Part shown: in pieces, positions 16,383 to 22,588 of the stretch
Layout of the letters: each line of letters begins with the position of its first letter
Numbering within the stretch: position 1 is the first letter of the stretch
Source: Microcoleaceae cyanobacterium
GTDB lineage: Bacteria > Cyanobacteriota > Cyanobacteriia > Cyanobacteriales > Microcoleaceae
Direction of reading: 5' to 3'
Assembly: GCA_051652765.1 (NCBI GenBank)
Contig: JBOFUV010000144.1
Span: 1 to 22,588 of the forward strand
DNA length: 22,588 nucleotides
Program-made: the position numbers and the translations under genes
Notes under the pieces: generated by a model
What the model was told of the DNA's origin: nothing
What the model saw: the letters and a program-made list of their open reading frames with translations, nothing else
Databases searched by the model: none

Positions 16383-16743
16383 CGGGATCGACCTCTGCAT
16401 CATCGGTAAAAGCAAACTCTGTGTTGTCCTTTGCCCACTTCCCAGGTGATTTGCCTAAGCTTTCAAGTTCTGCGGGCGATCGCCGTCGTCCCAAAAACTC
16501 ACTGGTTTGGGTTCGCCTCAGCAACTCCCTGATCTGCTCAGCATCACCCCGATTCTTAATTTCAATCGGGCTGAACCCGGTAGTCAGCTTGATGATATTG
16601 ATCACTGCACCAATGTTTGCGCCGTATTCCTTCAGGAAATCAAAGAAGGACTTGGCATCTCTATAATAAGCAGTTGACACCTCCCAATCTTCTAACTGGT
16701 CGATGTACTGATCAATTAGCATTAGCGCTTCAGAAACGTCCAT
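16369..16743 (-). CDS. Hypothetical protein (124 aa)
   Basis: AGAGGA RBS shortly before the ATG; coupled to the downstream ORF; no recognised motif. Confidence 0.72.
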   Translation of the reverse strand: MDVSEALMLIDQYIDQLEDWEVSTAYYRDAKSFFDFLKEYGANIGAVINIIKLTTGFSPIEIKNRGDAEQIRELLRRTQTSEFLGRRRSPAELESLGKSPGKWAKDNTEFAFTDDAEVDPDELL

Positions 16744-17144
16744 GTTTTATTCCTCTACTATCCAAAATAGTACTACCATTGACTTCTTTTTCATCAAATC
16801 GTTCAGACTCTGGGCAGCTCTGAAAGAGCTGGTCAAAAGCCTTCTCCTGCTAAGCACTTCTCAAAAATCCCCTGGCAAAATCCCCAGGAGAAACCTGACA
16901 ACATAATTGATCCTCTCCAGAATTTTGTGGGTTGACAGAGAGATCTGACTTAATTCCCTGGGTAGTCAGGGAGTTAGGAAATGCAACCGGGTGGCATTTT
17001 GCCACATGGTCAGGGGGATTGGCAGGGAAATCTGAATTAACTTTTTGGGCAGTCGGAGAGTTACAGACTTCTTCAAGCTGGTTGATCTTGCCTTCCAAAT
17101 TCCTCAAATTTTCTTCAGCACACACACGGTGAGTGGGTGGGTTA

Positions 17145-17233
17145 TACCAATTCTGAACGGTTATGCACTAAATGATCGAGTGCCACCACCTCAGATACCC
17201 AACTATTCAGTGCAATCTCTGTAGAAATTGGTA
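17145..17233. mobile_element. Small MITE-like palindromic element (89 bp) with TTA duplication
   Basis: Ends TACCAATT ... AATTGGTA, inner TGCACTAAAT/ATTCAGTGCA pairing, flanked by TTA at 17142-17144 and 17234-17236. Confidence 0.62.
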
Positions 17234-17506
17234 TTACTTGATTTGTTAGCTCTGAGCAAATCAAGAAGATTGTCTGCTGTGCGAACTTGAATAGTGAGCT
17301 TTGTCATGGATTTGGATGAGGAACTACGGAAATACCGATTTGCGGCATAAGCTGAGGGTAAAAACCCATAACTTGGCTCCAATTAATGGCAGCCCGAACC
17401 TAATCCCAAAAGCCTTTAGCGGGGTTAAGCGATCAATCAGGGTCAACTATTTAGGGGGTGGGTCATCTGGATCTTCCTGCTTCCGCCATTTTTTATAGGC
17501 TGAGCG

Positions 17507-17593
17507 GTATAACGACCCAAATCAGGGGCAGCAAATAACGCTGAACTCAGCACCAGCAGCTTTCAACTGTCCGCTGCATTTGAATTGTTAGAC
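17507..17593 (-). mobile_element. Integron attC site (best conserved)
   Basis: Minus strand GTCTAAC-AATTC-AAAT[G]CAGCGG[A]CAG ... CTGCCCCTGATTT-GGGTC-GTTATAC: RYYYAAC/GTT cores, 5-bp spacers, L''/L' pairing with extrahelical G and A; 87 bp. Confidence 0.88.
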
Positions 17594-17850
17594 CTGCTCA
17601 ACCCCAACCTGCGGCGCATTTCTGCACTAGAAATTCCACCTTCAGAGCGTCGCGTTGCCCTCGATCGCTCAATCAACTCAATGAACTTTGAGTTGGTACT
17701 TAGCGAAATAGTCTCCATGTCAACATTTTCAAGTGTGACTAATGCTGCAATGGGTTGACCGTTGCTAGTTATAATAACTGGCTCCTCAGCCAGAACTGAA
17801 GCATACTTGGCTAGTGTTTCGGTTGCCTCTGAGATTTCAACAATTTTCAT
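17563..17850 (-). CDS. Phd/YefM-like antitoxin
   Basis: MKIVEISEATETLAKY...EEPVIITSNGQPIAALV Phd-type N-terminus; 4-bp overlap with the toxin gene; 3' end runs into attC. Confidence 0.85.
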   Translation of the reverse strand: MKIVEISEATETLAKYASVLAEEPVIITSNGQPIAALVTLENVDMETISLSTNSKFIELIERSRATRRSEGGISSAEMRRRLGLSRSNNSNAADS

Positions 17851-18146
17851 AGGTCGTAAACCTCTCCTGCAATGCGGACTTGACTTCGCTCCTTGATCCC
17901 GACTGCGTTGATGTACACAACTGCTTCGGGTTCCTCCTCTACATCATAGTAGACGCGCAAGTCGCCGATGCGAAGTTCCCAAGGAGCAAGCAGATTGGGA
18001 CGCATCGGTTTACGGTTTTTCGTCTCGACTGTTGGCTGATACATAAGCTGCTCATCAACAGTATCCAAAATAATCGCTTGTTGTCGGGCTGTAAGGTATC
18101 GTAAATGCACTTCTGATTCTGATGAATATTCTACACGGTAAACCAA
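17847..18146 (-). CDS. RelE/ParE family toxin
   Basis: YRVEYS...WELRIGDLRVYYDV...VYINAVG RelE-type motifs; TTG start. Confidence 0.87.
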   Translation of the reverse strand: MVYRVEYSSESEVHLRYLTARQQAIILDTVDEQLMYQPTVETKNRKPMRPNLLAPWELRIGDLRVYYDVEEEPEAVVYINAVGIKERSQVRIAGEVYDL

Positions 18147-18179
18147 GCTACTAAAACTCTCAACGTCAATGACAGAAGT

Positions 18180-18209
18180 TTACAGTGAAGCACGGTCACA
18201 CGGGTTCAT
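18180..18209 (-). pseudogene. Possible N-terminal stub of a HEPN/DUF86 (HepT) toxin gene
   Basis: MNPCDRASL* starts within the last codons of the MNT gene, where hepT normally begins, and resembles DUF86 N-termini (..RDxASL..). Confidence 0.35.
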
Positions 18210-18525
18210 AGGCTTGCGAATAGATAACTTGGGCTGTATTGAGGATTTCGTTACGACGAATCCAATTTTCACTCTTTTCAATCACGCGCTTTTCGATCAA
18301 GTCAACGTCACGCTGCACAATCTGCTGGAGTTCTTGCTGCATTATGACGAGGTCAAGTAATGTCCAAGGGGCATGAGGAAAGAAGCTGACTAACACATCT
18401 AAGTCGCTGTCTGGGCGGAAGTCGTCGCGCAACACCGAGCCAAACAAGGCAAATTCAGCAATCTGCCACTTTTGGCAAAAGGATTTGATCAGCTCTATTG
18501 ATAAGTCGATCGCACTCAGATTCAT
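18196..18525 (-). CDS. Minimal nucleotidyltransferase (MNT/MntA-like antitoxin)
   Basis: LFGSVLRDDFRPDSDLDVLV (GS..DxD) and RDVDLIE motifs. Confidence 0.92.
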   Translation of the reverse strand: MNLSAIDLSIELIKSFCQKWQIAEFALFGSVLRDDFRPDSDLDVLVSFFPHAPWTLLDLVIMQQELQQIVQRDVDLIEKRVIEKSENWIRRNEILNTAQVIYSQAYEPV

Positions 18526-18531
18526 TAGGGT

Positions 18532-18798
18532 TTACCCCACGCTAAAGACTTTCATGACTTCATCACCGAGATGATTGCTCACTTTGACCGCGATGCGTTC
18601 AGAGTTGGGTTTGTGGAACGATCGAGAGGTGTTGCCATAGAGGCTTTCCCCGGCGGTTTTGTCAATTTCGGCTTTGAGGTTGGTTTTGAGCTACTTGTAA
18701 GGATCACTCGCACCCAGAAAATAGGCGTGGCGGATGAAGAAGCTTTCTTCATTGTAGTCCGTATTAATAAACCAGCAGGCAATGCTGTCGGCTCCGCT
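18532..18798 (-). pseudogene. C-terminal fragment of an adenine DNA methyltransferase (Type III R-M Mod-like)
   Basis: Manual translation IACWFINTDYNEESFFIRHAYFLGASDPYK*LKTNLKAEID...RIAVKVSNHLGDEVMKVF; in-frame TAG at 18691-18693; 5' part replaced by repeat DNA. Confidence 0.75.
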
Positions 18799-18811
18799 CG
18801 ATTCAACGCAG

Positions 18812-18935
18812 AAGCTTTGCCCCCCTGGCCCCCCAACCTTGGGGGGAACTGGAATCAAAGCTCCCAGAATTGGGGGTTCGGGGGCAATATAGCATTACAG
18901 GGTTTGAAAGATTCATCTCTTAGTTCAGCAACGCC
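18812..18935. mobile_element. Truncated MITE of the 11833-11977 family (right end only)
   Basis: C5/G5 hairpins followed by ATTCATCTCTTAGTTCAGCAACGCC, matching the right TIR of the complete MITE. Confidence 0.65.
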
Positions 18936-18960
18936 GTAAATTTTTTTGAATTGATGGTGG
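18936..18960 (+). repeat. Right 25-bp direct repeat bounding the island
   Basis: GTAAATTTTTTTGAATTGATGGTGG is 24/25 identical to 10968-10992. Confidence 0.75.
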
Positions 18961-19160
18961 GTTGTTGACGGTTTTGGTGAGAACATCAGTTGTAGGGCTA
19001 AGTTCCTCGCGATCACCTTTGGCCCTCTAACCTTTAGGGTTTGGGAGATTTAGGGGGCAATGCAGGACTGGGGGAACTGGAATCAAAGCCCTCTAACCTT
19101 GGGGGCTCGGGGGCTTTTAATGACAGCAAACTTGACGTTCACCCACTCAACCATCAAAAC

Positions 19161-22100
19161 GTGCTAAACAATTTCATCCCATCCTCGCGCCTTTGTGTTT
19201 TACAGGGAAGTCTTCTGGGGATTCTGTTGACCTCCCTGCCTGCGGCGGCGCAAATCGTTCCAGACAATACCCTGCCGCAAAATTCCATCGTTACTCCCCA
19301 GAACAATACCCTACAAATTGATGGGGGAACTAGGTCTGGAAACGCTCTGTTTCATAGCTTTGAGCAGTTTTCTGTCCCAACGGGCAGGGCTGCTTTTTTT
19401 AATAATGCAGTTGAGGTGCAGAATATTTTCTCCCGTGTGACGGGGGGATTGGTTTCTGAGATTGACGGGGCACTGCGGGCGAATGGCACGGCGAGTTTGT
19501 TTTTGATCAATCCCAATGGGATTATTTTTGGTCAGAATGCCTCCCTGGATATTCGGGGTTCCTTCTTGGCCACCAGCGCCGACCGCGTGATTTTTGCCAA
19601 TGGCACAGAGTTTAGAGCCACCAACCCCAATGCGCCGCCGCTATTAACGATTAGTGTTCCTGCGGGTCTATGGTTTCGGGACAATTCAGGGAGAATTGTG
19701 AATCTTGCTCAAGCTGCTCTGGTTAGAAATAATGATCTGGGTGAAGAGCTGGAGACAATTGTTATTCCAGGTCTTCAAGTTGATCCTGGGCGAACCCTGG
19801 CTTTGATTGGAGGCGAGGTCAGCTTAGAAGGAGGAGTCCTGAAAACTCAAGGGGGACGAATTGAGTTAGGGAGTGTTGCAGGGAATAGCTTTGTCAGCCT
19901 TGCCCCAGAATCGAACGGGTTTGCTGTGAGTTATGACGGAGTTCAGAATTTTCAAGATATTAGTTTGTCAGCTCAAGCATTAGTGAATACCAGTGGAGAG
20001 CGGGGCGGTGCAATTCAGATTCAGGGACGGCGGGTGACTCTGACAGAAGATGCTGATGTTCTTTCCTCCACCTCCGGGTCAGAAACTGGGGGAGATGTCA
20101 TTGTTAGGGCATCTGAATCTGTAGAACTTTTCGGGGGTGAAGAACTGACTATCTTGGCAACTGAAACGACTGGTAGTGGAGATGGGGGAAATTTAACAAT
20201 CGAGACTAGCAGGCTAACCCTTCAAGAGGGAGCTTTTATCACAACACAAGCCAACAGTGAGTTTCCAGTAAAACCAGGCAATCTAGTCGTAATTGCATCA
20301 GATTCTGTCGAACTTAGGCGAACAGGGGAGCCTCGGCCTCTAATCTCTACAGATACTTCTGGTGAAGCTACAGGTGTAGGCCGAAGCCTAACTTTAACAA
20401 CGGATCAACTCATTGCTCAGGGTGGAGCACAAATAGCTGCTAATGTTTTGGGTACGGGGTCGGGGACAGATTTGAATATTAGTGCCAACGAAGTTATTCT
20501 GATTGGAGCTTTTGTTGACGTTGAGTCAGAGAGCATCGACGAACCCAGCGGAATATTTGCTAGCGTTCAAAACGGAGCAAGTGGAAACGGGGGAATATTA
20601 ACCATTAGTGCCAATAGATTGATCATCAGAGACGGTGCACAAGTATTAACTGCAACCTTTGGTGCAGGGAATTCAGGAAATTTAGTGATACAAGCCTCTT
20701 CAATAGAAATAGCAGGTGCTATTCCAGAGGCAAATTTTCCCAGTCTCATATCTGCCGGAGTTGGAGATGTTGCAACTGCTACAGGTAATGGCGGAAATCT
20801 AGTGATCAACACAAATCAATTGGTTGTCAGAGATGGAGGACAAATTGACACAACCGCCCAGAATACTGGACAAGGCGGAACGACAACGATCAACGCAAAT
20901 TCTGTGCTCCTGAGCGGAACCGTTCCAGTTCCCGAACCCGCAGAAGATCAAAGAAGTGGGATTTTTGTTTCAGCCGAACCAGCAATCAAACCTGCAATTC
21001 TGGATGAGTCCGGCAACCCGATTCTGGATGAGTCCGGCAACCCAATTCTCGGTAACCCGATTGTTACCACCGCCGACGCAGGAACATTAACTCTCAACAC
21101 CCCAGAACTCATCGTTGAAAAAGGAGCCCGCATTTCCGCCGACAACTTTGGTACAGGAGGTGGCAGCAACGTTACCCTCAACGTCGATCGATTAATCATT
21201 CGGGAAGGGGGGCAGATCGGCGCAGGTTCCCTGGTGGAAGAGAATGCTCCCAGCAATGAACGCGGCCCCGGCGGCACTATTACTGTGAATGCTGCCGACT
21301 CCATTGAGATTACGGACACAACTCTTATCGGTTCCAATATCGAAAATAGCCGCTTGTTCACCCTGTCCCAAGGCACAGGGAACGCAGGAAATCTGAACCT
21401 GTTTACCCCCAGCTTAACCGTTGCCCATCAAGGTGAAGTCAACGTTAGCGCCATTGGCACCGGGGAAGCAGGCAGCTTAATCGTTGGGGCAGATTCAATC
21501 AACCTAGACAACGGCAGGCTCCGAGCCGAAACCCGCCTCGGCGACCAAGGCAACATCACCCTCAACGCCCAAGACATTCAACTGCGGGGGGGCAGTGCCA
21601 TTACCACCAACTCCCAGGAAACCGGAACCGGAGGCAACATTGCTATTAACACTCAGTTCTTAACGGCCTTGGAAAACAGCGATATTACCGCCAATGCCCA
21701 GGCAGGGCCAGGAGGTCGGGTTACGATCAATGCCGACGCAATTTTTGGTCTCCAATTCCGTCCGCAACTCACCTCCCAAAGTGACATCACCGCCACCTCA
21801 GAACTAGGCCCCGAATTTAGTGGAACCGTCGAACTCAACACTCAATTCGACTCCACTCAAGGCTTGGTCGAACTGAATGCAGATGTCGTTGACCCGAATC
21901 TGTTGGTGGCTCAAGATCCCTGTTCCCAGGGGAGAGAGAATGAATTTGTTGTGACAGGTCGAGGTGGCTTACCTCCCAGTCCTCAGGAACATCTCCGCAG
22001 TACCGATCCTGTAGTCAATTTGATTCCATTGCCCCCAGAGGTTCAGCCAGAGGTTCAGCCTTCCACGACAAGGGCATCCACTCAAAGCAATCGAGTCCCG

Positions 22101-22283
22101 CTAGTTGTTTTACGCTCCAATACCAACTCCGACAAACAACCTGTTTCCAATTCTGAAATTGTTTCGGCGAGGGGATGGATTCAGAATCAAAAAGGCGAGG
22201 TGATTCTGGTGAGTTATGACCCAACTCGTAGAGGGGTTCAGCAGGCTAGACAGTCGGTTCAGTGCAACCCTTACAATCCTTAA
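19161..22283 (+). CDS. Filamentous haemagglutinin-like TpsA exoprotein (two-partner secretion)
   Basis: Signal peptide ending AAA|QIVPDNTL, TPS domain motifs LFHSFEQFSVP and LFLINPNGIIFG, G..G.L.I beta-helix repeats, C-terminal FVVTGRGGLPPSP. Likely start GTG 19161; the upstream extension is repeat DNA. Confidence 0.9.
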   Translation: MLNNFIPSSRLCVLQGSLLGILLTSLPAAAQIVPDNTLPQNSIVTPQNNTLQIDGGTRSGNALFHSFEQFSVPTGRAAFFNNAVEVQNIFSRVTGGLVSEIDGALRANGTASLFLINPNGIIFGQNASLDIRGSFLATSADRVIFANGTEFRATNPNAPPLLTISVPAGLWFRDNSGRIVNLAQAALVRNNDLGEELETIVIPGLQVDPGRTLALIGGEVSLEGGVLKTQGGRIELGSVAGNSFVSLAPESNGFAVSYDGVQNFQDISLSAQALVNTSGERGGAIQIQGRRVTLTEDADVLSSTSGSETGGDVIVRASESVELFGGEELTILATETTGSGDGGNLTIETSRLTLQEGAFITTQANSEFPVKPGNLVVIASDSVELRRTGEPRPLISTDTSGEATGVGRSLTLTTDQLIAQGGAQIAANVLGTGSGTDLNISANEVILIGAFVDVESESIDEPSGIFASVQNGASGNGGILTISANRLIIRDGAQVLTATFGAGNSGNLVIQASSIEIAGAIPEANFPSLISAGVGDVATATGNGGNLVINTNQLVVRDGGQIDTTAQNTGQGGTTTINANSVLLSGTVPVPEPAEDQRSGIFVSAEPAIKPAILDESGNPILDESGNPILGNPIVTTADAGTLTLNTPELIVEKGARISADNFGTGGGSNVTLNVDRLIIREGGQIGAGSLVEENAPSNERGPGGTITVNAADSIEITDTTLIGSNIENSRLFTLSQGTGNAGNLNLFTPSLTVAHQGEVNVSAIGTGEAGSLIVGADSINLDNGRLRAETRLGDQGNITLNAQDIQLRGGSAITTNSQETGTGGNIAINTQFLTALENSDITANAQAGPGGRVTINADAIFGLQFRPQLTSQSDITATSELGPEFSGTVELNTQFDSTQGLVELNADVVDPNLLVAQDPCSQGRENEFVVTGRGGLPPSPQEHLRSTDPVVNLIPLPPEVQPEVQPSTTRASTQSNRVPLVVLRSNTNSDKQPVSNSEIVSARGWIQNQKGEVILVSYDPTRRGVQQARQSVQCNPYNP

Positions 22284-22380
22284 ACTCTCCAATACCTTTA
22301 GGACTTACGCAGTTAAGCATTCTTTGGCCCCCAGCCCCCAATCCTGGGGGAGCAAGACTTCTCAAAGTCCCCCAAGGTTG

Positions 22381-22588
22381 ATACTGCTGGCGAACTTAAC
22401 ATTTGTTGAGCCAAAAATTAAATGGGAGTTAAAAATAGAATCAGTTCTCAAAAAAAGGAGTGAGTCAAATGAGCTTTAGAGTGGAGAGCCCAGAACCCAT
22501 CCCGGTGGAAACAGCACTGATTGCTCAGGCAGCTTTTCCCAAAGGGAGTACAGTCATGAGCTTGAGGGATGAATTAGGCATCGTGTAC
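22381..22588 (+). mobile_element. Left end of an IS1182-like insertion sequence; transposase ORF starts at 22469 and runs off the window
   Basis: AAGGAG RBS, then MSFRVESPEPIPVETALIAQAAFPKGSTVMSLRDELGIVY (IP.ET...A.AAFPKG...LRDELG N-terminus). The sequence switches abruptly from a C5/G5 repeat at ~22380; the exact element end is approximate. Confidence 0.75.

Noticed and set aside
10993..18935. Prophage or integrase-encoding element
   Set aside because: No integrase, recombinase or phage structural gene is recognisable in the island.
18571..18939. 122-aa plus-strand ORF and 85-aa minus-strand ORF
   Set aside because: Antisense or off-frame readings of the Mod-like pseudogene plus repeat DNA.
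19041..19160. N-terminal extension of TpsA in the ORF track
   Set aside because: Largely translated palindromic repeat; the signal peptide fits a start near 19161.

Overview
Cyanobacterial chromosomal DNA (several HIP1 GCGATCGC sites, Uma2, PEP-CTERM and TpsA genes). The window opens with the 5' part of a Tat-exported Fe(III)-binding protein gene (futA/idiA, minus strand) preceded by two Fur-box-like sites. A plus-strand cell-surface/secreted-protein cluster follows: a small membrane protein, a stand-alone MshEN (c-di-GMP-binding type) protein, two tandem-duplicated RTX Ca-binding proteins, a 1240-aa S8 protease + HExxH zincin + RTX fusion, three PEP-CTERM-type paralogues and, after an interruption, a filamentous-haemagglutinin-like TpsA. 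A ~45-bp motif precedes four of these genes. The interruption (~10.97-18.96 kb) is an ~8-kb island bounded by 25-bp direct repeats. It holds mostly minus-strand small genes (SphI-like HNH restriction enzyme + adenine MTase, hicBA, relE/phd-like pair, MNT with a HEPN stub, two unknown gene pairs, Uma2) punctuated by two clear and two degenerate integron attC sites, with no integrase in view (CALIN-like array). The island also contains two MITEs with target duplications, an iteron-like 8 x 22-bp array and several pseudogenes. The window ends in the start of an IS1182-like transposase. All family assignments come from motif recognition by eye, not from database searches.
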